The notes beneath the pieces are model-generated. The model searched no databases. It had not been told where the DNA came from and saw nothing but the letters and a program-made list of their open reading frames with translations. DNA of 64,000 nucleotides from assembly GCA_047285535.1 (NCBI GenBank), contig JBJBDC010000001.1, positions 1,760,136-1,824,135 on the forward strand. The letters run 5' to 3'. The DNA comes from Synechococcus sp. (GTDB lineage: Bacteria; Cyanobacteriota; Cyanobacteriia; PCC-6307; Cyanobiaceae). This document shows, piece by piece, positions 1 to 13,941 of this stretch. Both the position numbers and the translations under genes were made by a program. Numbering within the stretch: position 1 is the first letter of the stretch; the number at the start of each line of letters is the position of its first letter.

Positions 1-558
1 AAGCCCAAAGGGATTGCCAACAGCAATGGCCCAATCCCCCACCTGGAGACGATCTGAATTTCCCAAAGGGGCAGTGGGCCATGGCCCACTGGTCTCCAAC
101 TGCACGACAGCCAAGTCGGTAACCGAATCCTGTCCAATCACGCGACCAGCAACCCGTCGACCATCAGGTAGTCCCACCATCACTCGATCCGTGTTCTCCA
201 CCACATGAGCATTGGTGAGAACAAAACCTTTCTGATCGAAAATCACACCACTACCCATGCCGCGTTCTTGACGCGGGCGCGGAGCCGTCTGACCTTGCAT
301 CCCAAAAAACCGGCGAAAGAATGGGTCCGCCATCAATCCCTGAGGGAGGCCGGGCATCGCAACTGAACGAACATTGCGAACCGTTTCGAGCGTGACAACG
401 GCTGGGCCACTTCGTGCGACTGCTTGAGCAACGAATGACTTTGGGGCTAAGACCTGCGAGCCCGTTGCGGCGAAGACTGGAGGTGGTTGAACCACCAGTC
501 CTGGCAGCAGCAACGCACCACTGAAAACCATCGAAAGCAGAGGGTTGGACACCGCCAT
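1..558 (-). CDS. HtrA/DegQ-family trypsin-like serine protease (N-terminal part; runs off the left edge)
   Basis: Not in the ORF track. Manual translation from ATG at 558 gives MAVSNPLL...[15 protein letters not shown]...[24 protein letters not shown]...DLAVV...[13 protein letters not shown], with the TNAHVV catalytic-His motif and the DLAV catalytic Asp. Confidence 0.93.
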   Translation of the reverse strand, partial: MAVSNPLLSMVFSGALLLPGLVVQPPPVFAATGSQVLAPKSFVAQAVARSGPAVVTLETVRNVRSVAMPGLPQGLMADPFFRRFFGMQGQTAPRPRQERGMGSGVIFDQKGFVLTNAHVVENTDRVMVGLPDGRRVAGRVIGQDSVTDLAVVQLETSGPWPTAPLGNSDRLQVGDWAIAVGNPFGL

Positions 559-742
559 AGCCGCGATTTCGTCAACGTTCGAACATGGTGACCGTAGGCA
601 GTTGAGCCTTATGAAACAGCACAACTTTCCACGATTTCATGACCAGATGCGACCAGAGCTCGCCCTTGCAAACCCTTTTTCCCAAAAAGAGTGATGATGG
701 GGAGAAGCGTTTGTCCCATTTACGAGTTCTGCGGAAATCACC

Positions 743-1000
743 ATGCTCAGCAGCTTGTTTCCTCTTGTATATGGACTGATCTTCATCGCCCTGCTTTGGC
801 AAGCCTTTCGTGTCATGGGACGAGGCTTCAGCGCTGCAGGACAACCACTCAGCAAACATGAAAACGATCGTACCGGTCGTCAAACGATCCATCCGGAGCT
901 TCTGGATGGCGACGGACGCCTCACCGAAGAGGATCTTTTAACGGTCCGTTTCAGCAGTGATGGTGAGCTTCCAAATCCACCCTCGAAGCCCAGTGAATAA
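743..1000 (+). CDS. Small membrane protein, DUF2973-like
   Basis: N-terminal TM helix, then the DRTGRQTIHPELLD...EEDLLTVRF motif typical of this cyanobacterial family. Confidence 0.75.
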   Translation: MLSSLFPLVYGLIFIALLWQAFRVMGRGFSAAGQPLSKHENDRTGRQTIHPELLDGDGRLTEEDLLTVRFSSDGELPNPPSKPSE

Positions 1001-1058
1001 GGTTGGGTCATTGGCAACTGCTTGAGTTGTCCGATTGACTCATAGGGGGGACTCTTAG

Positions 1059-1442
1059 TTGGACCAACGAACACGGATTGTGGCTGCGGTAATCAAATCC
1101 GTGAAACTGCCGCCCCGCTTTCGCTTAAGACTTTTGAAAGAAGATCCTGTCCGGCTTGAACTCAGCCTGACACCGGCCTATGGCAAAGATCCCATTCAGG
1201 TTGGCCTGGTGGAATCGTTGGACCTGGTGGCGCGTCGTGATCGAGAAGGCCGCATCCCACGAGACCTTCAAGGAACCTGGGACTGGACAGTACGCCACGG
1301 TGATGTCAGCACTGGCGGATGGAACCCCTACCTCAAGGAAGCTCTGCAAACCATGTTCGAAACAGGGCTTCCTGCCATCGTTTATGAAGAGCTCACGGGA
1401 GATGAGTACCACCCGGTAGACGGAGCACGTCACATTCGCTGA
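1059..1442 (+). CDS. Conserved hypothetical picocyanobacterial protein
   Basis: 127-aa ORF with TTG start, GGGGG upstream and protein-like composition. Confidence 0.75.
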   Translation: MDQRTRIVAAVIKSVKLPPRFRLRLLKEDPVRLELSLTPAYGKDPIQVGLVESLDLVARRDREGRIPRDLQGTWDWTVRHGDVSTGGWNPYLKEALQTMFETGLPAIVYEELTGDEYHPVDGARHIR

Positions 1443-1541
1443 CGCCTTGCCTCAACAAGTTGTGAAGCACTGCGAACAGGACGTGAAAATTTTGGATGAG
1501 CTCGACTACAACGAATTCAGCCCGGCCTTAAGTTTTTCTTC

Positions 1542-1646
1542 ATGGCCTCTTCTTCTATTCGTTTTGGTCCCCTGGTTCGCCTCTTGGCAGCCTTCGGAGC
1601 TCTCAGCAGCATTTTGCTGGTTGGGATGATCAATTTTTTCAGCTGA
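1542..1646 (+). CDS. Putative 34-aa single-TM small protein
   Basis: Manual translation MASSSIRFGPLVRLLAAFGALSSILLVGMINFFS*; it fills the gap before hrpB. Confidence 0.45.
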   Translation: MASSSIRFGPLVRLLAAFGALSSILLVGMINFFS

Positions 1647-1659
1647 AGGTCAAGAGGCA

Positions 1660-4245
1660 TTGGGTTGGTTCCCGATTGATCCCTTGCTTCCAAGGCTTCG
1701 AGCCTGCCTCGTTCCAGGGGCAACAGTTTTACTTCAATCCCCTCCTGGCGCTGGCAAAACAACAAGAGTGCCCTTGGCATTCCTTGGAGAAATTGCAGAG
1801 ATAGAGCCCCTACCAGGCCGCACTCTCATGCTGGAGCCCCGGCGACTCGCCGCGAGAGCAGCAGCACACAGGATTGCGAGCAGCCTGAATGAACCGGTTG
1901 GGGAGCGTGTGGGCTATTCCGTTCGATACGAGCAAAATCGCTCCTCACGCACCCGTCTGGAAGCGATGACGGATGGATTATTTCTCCGTCGACTTCACAG
2001 CGATCCAGAACTCAAAGGAATCAGCTGTGTAGTTTTTGATGAATTCCATGAGCGCAGTCGAAATAGTGAATTAGCGCTTGCCCTCGTTCGGGAAGTACAG
2101 GAGGTTTTAAGACCCGATCTTTGTCTGTTGCTGATGTCAGCAACATTGGATCTCAACAAGCTGCAAGTCCAATTGCCCCATGCGCAGGTTCTTACCAGCG
2201 AGGGGAAAGCCTTCCCTGTCGAGACAGCACACCTCTCTCCAAGACCGAATGAACCGATAGAAATCCTTGTTTTACGAGCCATTGAACGGGAAATAACCAC
2301 CCTGATCAGCACAAGTGACAGCAAAGAAGATCCCTTCACCGTGTTGGTTTTCCTTCCTGGCGTGCGAGAGATCGATCGTTGCAGAAGACATTTACTGAAT
2401 TCAGCCCTACTGAGCGAATGGGACGTCATCGGACTGCACGGCAAGCAATCACTCGCTGAGCAAGGGCGTGCACTGAAGCCTTGCCATCCCGATCGGGATG
2501 GAAGGGTCGTTCTGGCGACTTCTATCGCCGAAAGTTCACTCACTCTCGAAGGCGTTCGCCTCGTCATCGATTGCGGGCTCACTCGGCACACCCACTACGA
2601 CCCTGGAACCGGAATGGAGGGACTGATCACCGTGCCAGCAAGTCAGGCCAGTGCTGATCAGCGACGAGGGCGTGCAGGACGACAAACCGCCGGACGTTGC
2701 ATCAGGCTCTGGTCACCTGCGGAACAACTACGACGCCCAGCCCATGACATCCCCGAGTTGCAGCGAGCTGACCCTCAACCCACAGTTCTCAATCTCGCAC
2801 TTTGGGGTGCCGGTTTAGGGGAAACATTGCCATGGCTCGAACCACCTCCAAAGGCAGCACTCCAGACAGGCCTTAGGCAATTGATTGAAATCGGAGCCCT
2901 CAATCCACAAGGCCAGCCAACGCATCTAGGACATCAATTAGCTCAATTTGGAGCCCATCCACGCTTGGGGTTGCTTCTTCTAAAAGCTCGTGTTTTGGGG
3001 CGATCGCAATTAGGGGCAGATCTTGCCGCCATTTTGAATGAACGCGATCTACTCAGCCACCACAACCACGGATGTGACCTGTGGGCTCGCATGCTCTTAC
3101 TTCGTGACAGCCGGAACTCTGCACCGTTCCAAAGCGATCATGCCGCAGCTGATCGCCTTAAAACGGTGCTCCAACAGAGCCGTCGATGGTGCCAACAACT
3201 GGGTCAATTCGATCTTGGAGATGAAACCGAAGAGAACGAGAATGAAACGTCAGACGAACTGATAGCCGCGCAACTGATTGCGGCGGCCTTTCCGGAATGG
3301 CTGGCCATGGCTCGACCAGAACAGCACGGACATTTTTTGCTTCGTCAAGGCCGTGGTGCGGTTTTGCACAGTCGCGATCCCTTGGTAGGGGCAGAAGCCC
3401 TTGCTGTAGCCCAGCTTGATCTCGGTGACACAAGAGCCAAGATCCGACTAGCGCTTCCTCTCCCGTTGCAATGGGTCAGAGACCTTGCAGATCAGAACGG
3501 TCACTGGGAAGAGCGTGTGTTTTGGGACGAACAAAGCAAACGGATCCGGGCCGAACGCGTTCTGCAACTTGGTGCCTTGGAACTCGAGCGATTCCCCCAG
3601 CAACAGGCTTCTTCCGAACAAATTCGGGATGTCTTAGTCCAGCAATTGAGCAAGAAAGGTCTGTCAGCACTTCCTTGGGGCAAACGCTCAGAGCAACTTC
3701 GCTGTCGCCTGGCTTTGGCCCATCACTATCTGCGGGCGCCTTGGCCATCACGAACCTGGCAACACCTCGAACAGCAACCAGCCGCCTGGATTGGCGATTC
3801 TCTTTTGGGCTGCAAAGGTTGGCAAGACCTCAATGAAGACATGCTTGTGGAAGCACTTTGGGGGGATCTCGATTGGTCACACAGGCAGCGACTCGATGAG
3901 CTCCTGCCACCAAAAATTCTGATCCCCTCAGGCCGACATGCAGTGTTGGACTATCAAGATGATGACGTTGTGCTGTCAGTCAAGCTGCAGGAAATGTTTG
4001 GCTGCCTTCAAGGGCCTACCGTCCTGAATGGCGAACTCTGCATCACTCTGGAATTGCTCTCCCCCGCAGGTCGCCCCCTGCAACGGACCCGAGACCTAGG
4101 AGGGTTCTGGCAAGGCAGCTATCAACAGGTCAGAAAAGAGATGCGTGGGCGCTATCCGAAGCACCCATGGCCTGAGAATCCAGCAAAGGCTGAACCCACC
4201 ACCAGAACAAAGGCCGGGAAGCCAACCATTTGGGGGCACCAATAG
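1660..4245 (+). CDS. hrpB: ATP-dependent RNA helicase HrpB
   Basis: Walker A PPGAGKTT, DEFH box, MSAT, ATSIAESSLT, QRRGRAGR, and the HrpB C-terminal LLSPAGRPLQ...RGRYPKHPWP. Confidence 0.95.
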   Translation: MGWFPIDPLLPRLRACLVPGATVLLQSPPGAGKTTRVPLAFLGEIAEIEPLPGRTLMLEPRRLAARAAAHRIASSLNEPVGERVGYSVRYEQNRSSRTRLEAMTDGLFLRRLHSDPELKGISCVVFDEFHERSRNSELALALVREVQEVLRPDLCLLLMSATLDLNKLQVQLPHAQVLTSEGKAFPVETAHLSPRPNEPIEILVLRAIEREITTLISTSDSKEDPFTVLVFLPGVREIDRCRRHLLNSALLSEWDVIGLHGKQSLAEQGRALKPCHPDRDGRVVLATSIAESSLTLEGVRLVIDCGLTRHTHYDPGTGMEGLITVPASQASADQRRGRAGRQTAGRCIRLWSPAEQLRRPAHDIPELQRADPQPTVLNLALWGAGLGETLPWLEPPPKAALQTGLRQLIEIGALNPQGQPTHLGHQLAQFGAHPRLGLLLLKARVLGRSQLGADLAAILNERDLLSHHNHGCDLWARMLLLRDSRNSAPFQSDHAAADRLKTVLQQSRRWCQQLGQFDLGDETEENENETSDELIAAQLIAAAFPEWLAMARPEQHGHFLLRQGRGAVLHSRDPLVGAEALAVAQLDLGDTRAKIRLALPLPLQWVRDLADQNGHWEERVFWDEQSKRIRAERVLQLGALELERFPQQQASSEQIRDVLVQQLSKKGLSALPWGKRSEQLRCRLALAHHYLRAPWPSRTWQHLEQQPAAWIGDSLLGCKGWQDLNEDMLVEALWGDLDWSHRQRLDELLPPKILIPSGRHAVLDYQDDDVVLSVKLQEMFGCLQGPTVLNGELCITLELLSPAGRPLQRTRDLGGFWQGSYQQVRKEMRGRYPKHPWPENPAKAEPTTRTKAGKPTIWGHQ

Positions 4246-4312
4246 ACGTATCCAAAAAGACAGACGCAAGCACGAATCGCTTTGTTAAGATATGTGTGTC
4301 TTGGAGATTCAC

Positions 4313-4456
4313 ATGTCTGACAACGCACCCCGATTCGGTTTCGTCAACTTTGCAGAGACCTGGAATGGTCGTCTTGCAATGCTCGGCTTCATCATTGGCC
4401 TGGGCACTGAGCTGTTGACAGGCCAAGGCATCCTGACCCAGGTAGGCCTCGGTTGA
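4313..4456 (+). CDS. hli: High-light-inducible protein (chlorophyll a/b-binding motif)
   Basis: Not in the ORF track. MSDNAPRFGFVNFAETWNGRLAMLGFIIGLGTELLTGQGILTQVGLG carries the AExxNGRLAMLG motif; GGAG lies upstream. Confidence 0.95.
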   Translation: MSDNAPRFGFVNFAETWNGRLAMLGFIIGLGTELLTGQGILTQVGLG

Positions 4457-4485
4457 TTGAGTAAACGTTGAGTTTTTCTCTCAAC

Positions 4486-4522
4486 AAAAAGATCCACCAT
4501 CCATCTGGTGGATCTTTTTTTT
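4486..4522 (+). terminator. Intrinsic terminator after hli (possibly bidirectional)
   Basis: AAAAAGATCCACCA-tccatc-TGGTGGATCTTTTTTTT: a perfect stem with a U tract. Confidence 0.85.
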
Positions 4523-4571
4523 AGTTGGTATCGCTCATTGCGCCACACTGTATAGATTCGCGTTAGTAGCA

Positions 4572-4748
4572 ATGCTTCCCTTCTTTGCTAAAAATCGACG
4601 CGATGGAGCCCGGCTACTAAGCAGCATGCTCGTCTTCCTAGCCATCGGGATGACACAGATTCACCAACTATGGGGTCAAATCCTGGCCATCATCTCAGGT
4701 TTAGTAAGTATTTACTGGGGATTGGCATACCGACGTCTTGAGCGCTGA
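4572..4748 (+). CDS. Small 58-aa two-TM membrane protein
   Basis: Manual translation MLPFFAKNRRDGARLLSSMLVFLAIGMTQIHQLWGQILAIISGLVSIYWGLAYRRLER*; its stop overlaps the xseA start region. Confidence 0.7.
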   Translation: MLPFFAKNRRDGARLLSSMLVFLAIGMTQIHQLWGQILAIISGLVSIYWGLAYRRLER

Positions 4749-5910
4749 ATCTTTTCCGACTTACTCGGTCCGTGAACTCAACAACGCCATAGGGGTTTTG
4801 CTGGAGAGAGGTTTTGCACCTCGGTTTCTGGTGCAAGCAACAGCATCTAGACCACAGGTCAAGAAAGGCCATCTTTGGCTCACCTTGAGCGATGGAGAGG
4901 CAAGCATCACAGCTGTTGCCTGGGCCTCAAAATTAAAACAATTGGACTTTGTTCCTGCTGACGGGGACGGAGTCACAGTCATTGGCAAGCTCAATTTCTG
5001 GGAAGCAAGAGCCAGCCTTGCAGTCCAAGTTTTGGATCTAAGGCCAAGCCTTTCCACAGTATTAAGGCGATTCGAAACGGTAAAGGCTCAACTACTTGGG
5101 GAAGGCCTGATCGATTCCAGCAGACGACGCAAGCTGCCGTCATACCCAAAACGCATCGCAGTGTTAACCAGCATTCCAAGTTCTGCACTTGCCGACATGC
5201 TGCGAACAGCAAAAGAACGCTGGCCATTGAGCACTCTTCTCATCGTGCCAATTCCAGTACAGGGAGATGTGGCTCCCATCATCTGCAACGTTCTCAGCCG
5301 CCTCGCCGAAGATCATCAGCAACTCGATCTTGACGCGATTGCGATCGCCAGAGGAGGAGGAAGTCGAGAAGATTTAATGGTCTTCGACGATGCAGATGTG
5401 TGCCGAAAGCTGGCCACATTGCCCATTCCCGTCGTGACAGGAATAGGCCATGAAGACGACCTTACAGTTGCTGATCTCGTGGCAGACCATCGTGCCGCAA
5501 CCCCAACAGCAGCCATGGTCACATTGCTACCGAATCGAGAATCAGCACAACAAATCATCAGTCAAAGACGCACCCGTCTGGCCGAATACAAACGATGGCG
5601 CTTAGAAAAAACACGATCACAACTCCAAGAACGAGAACAGCTCTTGCATGACTTACGGCCAGATATGACCTTGACTCGCCGACGGGATCAGTGGAAACAA
5701 CGTGAGCAGCTCTTGCAAGCTCTCTCTCCAGAACGTTGGCTCAACAGGGGCTTTGCCATGATCAGCTCAATCAACGGACAAACTCTTCAAAGCGTGCGGG
5801 AGATCACACTGAATGATGATGTACACATCCGCCTAAAGGATGGAGTCATCCATGCCGTCACAAAACACATCAAACCAAACGAAACAACCAATCCACAAGC
5901 TTTCCACTAA
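4738..5910 (+). CDS. xseA: Exodeoxyribonuclease VII large subunit
   Basis: YSVRELN OB-fold start, ARGGGSREDL, VVTGIGHEDD, ADHRAATPTAA, LSPERWLNRGF. Confidence 0.95.
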   Translation: MSAESFPTYSVRELNNAIGVLLERGFAPRFLVQATASRPQVKKGHLWLTLSDGEASITAVAWASKLKQLDFVPADGDGVTVIGKLNFWEARASLAVQVLDLRPSLSTVLRRFETVKAQLLGEGLIDSSRRRKLPSYPKRIAVLTSIPSSALADMLRTAKERWPLSTLLIVPIPVQGDVAPIICNVLSRLAEDHQQLDLDAIAIARGGGSREDLMVFDDADVCRKLATLPIPVVTGIGHEDDLTVADLVADHRAATPTAAMVTLLPNRESAQQIISQRRTRLAEYKRWRLEKTRSQLQEREQLLHDLRPDMTLTRRRDQWKQREQLLQALSPERWLNRGFAMISSINGQTLQSVREITLNDDVHIRLKDGVIHAVTKHIKPNETTNPQAFH

Positions 5911-5915
5911 CTGAC

Positions 5916-6194
5916 ATGCCACGCAAAAAGCCTGAGACCGCCACGAACTCTGAACAAGAGAACTGGAAAAATGACGCATCCAAGCTCAGTTACGAAGAAG
6001 CTCTACAAGCTCTTGATGTGCTTCTTGGACAGCTTCAAGAGGATTCAACACCCTTGGCAGATCTTCAACGTAGCCATATACGGGCATCAATTTATCTAGA
6101 CAGATGCAACTTCCTTCTCAGTCAAGCTGAGCAATCTGTCATGCAGCTTGATCCAGACACCATGAAAGAAAGAGTCTATGATGGAAACAAATAG
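5916..6194 (+). CDS. xseB: Exodeoxyribonuclease VII small subunit
   Basis: LSYEEALQAL...L..LQ...L..AEQ pattern; directly downstream of xseA. Confidence 0.88.
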   Translation: MPRKKPETATNSEQENWKNDASKLSYEEALQALDVLLGQLQEDSTPLADLQRSHIRASIYLDRCNFLLSQAEQSVMQLDPDTMKERVYDGNK

Positions 6195-6579
6195 GAATCA
6201 ATCACGTCAGTGGCTTTACCTCTTATTGGCTGTACTTGGAGGCATTCTTCCCTGGCAAGCCAATCTGGAGTTCATACAAGCCAATCACAATGTTGGATTC
6301 AACATCATGACTTTCATTCATGATGCCAATATCAATGCAGCATCACGATCTCTCAGCAGGGATCTTTTGATTGCAGCTTCGGCATTCAGCATTTGGATGA
6401 TCTCAGAAGGGAAAAGACTTGAAATCAAAGGTTGGTGGATAACCTTAATCCTGAGCATCAGTATTTCATTTGCTTGCGGAGGTCCACTCTTTCTATTCTT
6501 ACGAGAGCGTAAATTAATTGCACTAAGTCAACAACAAGAGGCAGAAAAACCGCTCAAGGATCAACATCCTCTGCCTTAA
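6178..6579 (+). CDS. DUF2834-like membrane protein
   Basis: Hydrophobic helices, NAASRSLSRDL and ACGGPLFLFLRER motifs. Confidence 0.7.
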   Translation: MMETNRNQSRQWLYLLLAVLGGILPWQANLEFIQANHNVGFNIMTFIHDANINAASRSLSRDLLIAASAFSIWMISEGKRLEIKGWWITLILSISISFACGGPLFLFLRERKLIALSQQQEAEKPLKDQHPLP

Positions 6580-6904
6580 CGTCAATCGTGACATCACTGG
6601 CACGCAAAGAATCGTCGACAGCCTGAGCCGAATTGTTACCGCTGTGCTTTGGAGGCAACGGAGATCCACACATAGGGCAAGTGTCATCAGCACTCATTGT
6701 GCTGGTGCCGCAAGCATCACAAGTTCTCACTCGGCTCTGTAAGACCTTCCAACCGATCCAGCCCACCCCTCCAAGAATGAAGGGGAGGAACAGAAGGGTC
6801 AAGAGAAGACCACCAGCCAAATCCAACAAGACACGGCCTACAGCTGTTGGCAAAAGCAACAGCCCGAGGAGAACCAACCAAAGGAGCGGAGGAATGCGTC
6901 CCAT
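6554..6904 (-). CDS. Hypothetical membrane protein with CxxC...CxxC zinc ribbon
   Basis: Two TM segments followed by CDACG...CPMCG; start placed at ATG 6904. Confidence 0.7.
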   Translation of the reverse strand: MGRIPPLLWLVLLGLLLLPTAVGRVLLDLAGGLLLTLLFLPFILGGVGWIGWKVLQSRVRTCDACGTSTMSADDTCPMCGSPLPPKHSGNNSAQAVDDSLRASDVTIDVKAEDVDP

Positions 6905-6955
6905 CAATGAACAGTCCAACCGAACAGCGATCTCATAATCGCCAATTTTCTGCAA

Positions 6956-7888
6956 TTAGTCACGATGAGAGACATTTGGATGATTACTATTTCTTGCATA
7001 AGACTTAGCCAACTCAACACTCCAACATTGACCGAAATAAATCACAACACCCACCATCCAGACCCATAAGGTCAGGACAAGAACACTTCCGATCACTCCA
7101 TAGGCCTGAAAACGAGCTCCCAAAGAAAGAATGCTACGACTAACCGCAAGATTAAGGATGGTCAGGAGAAAACCAATCAATAACGAACCTGGTATTAACG
7201 GCATAAAAGGAACTCTACGGCTCGGAAGAAGCGACTGAAGGAATAAAGCCATGCCCGAAAAACCAAGGAATGGAACCATCAAGGTTCCAAATTGCAAGAC
7301 AGGGATATGAGACAAAAGGCCGCCAAGCCACGGACTAGATGCAGACAACTCACTCAATACAGCGGTGGGGATCATGCGAATATTGGCACTAAGTTGATCA
7401 AGGACAACCAACAACCCTATTAATATCACAACAAAAAAAGCCTCTAACCGGATACGAATAAACTGTGCAGCTTGAAGACGAAAAGTAAGGTCGCAGCGTT
7501 GTGGAGCAATCACATCCTCCCAAAGCCTTTCCGAGCCACGCTGCAATGTTAGATAAACATTGCCGGCAGTGACCAACAAAACGCCAATACCTAGAAGCCC
7601 AGCTCCAAACCTCTGCTGAACCAACTGGATCAATGTTTTTTGTACAATCAACACAGCAGATGGAGGTAAGACACCACTTGCAAAAGCAATGATTTGACGC
7701 TCTAAATCATCCTGACGTCCAAGAAACCACGAGGCAACCGACAAGGAAATCAACAGAATTGGGAAAATCGACTGCAGGGTGTAGTAAGCAAAGGCAGCAC
7801 TCAGATCGACACAATCACACCTCGACCAACGAAGATAAGCACACCAGAGAGATCGAACTAGCCGCCGAAGCGCCAGTTTTTTAGCCAT
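6956..7888 (-). CDS. YihY/virulence factor BrkB family membrane protein
   Basis: SAAFAYYTLQSIFP and YGVIGSVLVLTLWVW motifs; multiple TM helices. Confidence 0.85.
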   Translation of the reverse strand: MAKKLALRRLVRSLWCAYLRWSRCDCVDLSAAFAYYTLQSIFPILLISLSVASWFLGRQDDLERQIIAFASGVLPPSAVLIVQKTLIQLVQQRFGAGLLGIGVLLVTAGNVYLTLQRGSERLWEDVIAPQRCDLTFRLQAAQFIRIRLEAFFVVILIGLLVVLDQLSANIRMIPTAVLSELSASSPWLGGLLSHIPVLQFGTLMVPFLGFSGMALFLQSLLPSRRVPFMPLIPGSLLIGFLLTILNLAVSRSILSLGARFQAYGVIGSVLVLTLWVWMVGVVIYFGQCWSVELAKSYARNSNHPNVSHRD

Positions 7889-7936
7889 GGATTCTGATGG
7901 GCCTATAGAGACATAAACTACCGTGCAGCAGGGCAC

Positions 7937-7967
7937 AAAAAAAGCCATCCCTTCAAGGGATGGCTTT
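7937..7967 (-). terminator. rRNA operon terminator
   Basis: On the minus strand AAAGCCATCCC-TTGAA-GGGATGGC followed by T7, just 3' of the 5S gene. Confidence 0.85.
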
Positions 7968-7986
7968 CTTCGTTGAAAATGTTTTT

Positions 7987-8104
7987 ACCTGGCATCGAGC
8001 TATTTTCTCAGGGGGCTACCCCCCAAATATCGTCGCCGCTGCTGCGTTTCACAACCGAGTTCGAGATGGATCGGAGTGGGTCCACAGCGCTATGGACACC
8101 AGGA
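7987..8104 (-). rRNA. rrf: 5S rRNA
   Basis: Minus strand reads TCCTGGTGTCCATAGCGCTGTGGACCCACTCCGATCCATCTCGAACTCGG...GATGCCAGGT. Confidence 0.96.
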
Positions 8105-8220
8105 TAGACATTTCCCAAGGGTTGACCCCTGAGAACTGCATAGCTGCATTCAATTCACTTGCGTTCCTTGTTTGCGATCTGGATCAAATAAAGTCTTTTC
8201 AAAGGCAAGAACCAAATGTT

Positions 8221-11084
<2,864 letters not shown>

Positions 11085-11514
11085 AATGTATCTCCAACAC
11101 GCTTGCTGTTGTTGAAACAGATTCTTTTAACTTCTAACTTAGAACTTCTAACTTAGAAGTTAAAATCAAACTCTCAAATGCTCGACACATTTGAAAGAAC
11201 GTGATGGAGTCTCGGCTCTTGCTCGTAGAATTAACATCATTCCATCAAGAATTAACCCTCAAGAATGATGCATCTATGAGATGCTTTATTCTTTCCAGAC
11301 TTACTATGCAGTTGTCAAGGTTCGGCTAGACATCAAATCAATGCATTGATCTCTCAATCCATTCATTGAGCCCAGCGTCCTATCAATTAAATCTTGGGTT
11401 CACTCCCATTCTTTAAAATGACAAGAAGCTAGGATCATCTAGCGGACAAATCTAAATCACAATCCATACGAGCTCATACTCCACTCTTGGGAGATGGGGA
11501 TTCATTTCGGTCAG

Positions 11515-11587
11515 TGGAGGTTAGGAGACTCGAACTCCTGACATCCTGCTTGCAAAGCAGGCGCTCTACCAACTGAGCTAAACCCCC
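11515..11587 (-). tRNA. tRNA-Ala(TGC) in the ITS
   Basis: GGGGGTTTAGCTCAGTTGGTAGAGCGCCTGCTTTGCAAGCAGGATGTCAGGAGTTCGAGTCTCCTAACCTCCA. Confidence 0.97.
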
Positions 11588-11595
11588 AACACCGA

Positions 11596-11669
<74 letters not shown>

Positions 11670-11854
11670 AGGAGTCTCATCCCTTATGGGGTGTGACCTA
11701 GACAAAGTTTAGGAACTAAAGATCTCCACCAAGCCAATCCCTATCTCTAGACATCTCTTGGCTTCAAAATTGAGGTACCGATCGACCTAAGGTGACAGGA
11801 TTTTGGCCTAAGAATCAAGTACTCAGACATCAAAATCGGTTGTTTGTCTCCCTG

Positions 11855-13339
<1,485 letters not shown>

Positions 13340-13941
13340 AGATCAATCCCTTTTGGTTCTCACCTCAGATTGATTTGCTTCACCCACATCAAAGCACTGG
13401 CGTACTTCATGCAGTTGTTGCCTCCTTCCTCTGACAGAAGGGTTCAAAGAGTGCAAAATCAGAATTTCTTCCTCCTTCGACTTTCCGGGATCTCAGATCC
13501 GGTCGTTGCTCCACATTGCGCACACCGACAACTCAAGACTTCGTGAAAACTCTCGAGCTGCAAGCACAATGCTTCTCTGCAACTAAATAATTGTTGACGG
13601 GACCTCACACCTTTATCGCACTATCATTTAGCTCGCACTTAAATCTTTCGACTTAAGTTCAAACTAAACGCGATAAAAGCGTCAGTTCCTAAACTTTTCA
13701 ATTGTCCAGGTTCTGCCTTCGCGTTCCCTTGCAGAAACGGTTGGCCTGCGGTTTCGCAACCGCCTTTGAAACTTACAACATCGTGGGATCGCTCCCCCAA
13801 TCCTGCAAGCCCCTCAGAACACTTCAAGCTCTCGCTTGTCATGATCCTCGGCTGCGCTTCGGAGCATTGCCCCCCCGCGCAGTCCAAAACCATAACTCAA
13901 TGACTGCTCCCTTCGCAACTATCTCGCCATAGAAAGGACAC

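Noticed and set aside
4281..4298. Possible RpaB HLR1 site upstream of hli
   Set aside because: One half-site has one mismatch but the other has three; too weak to call.
3000..5348. GCGATCGC (HIP1) octamers near 3000 and 5341
   Set aside because: Only sporadic copies, with no sign of the over-representation that defines HIP1 genomes.
13611..13680. Inverted repeat CTTTATCGC...GCGATAAAAG upstream of 16S
   Set aside because: Consistent with ordinary rRNA leader secondary structure.
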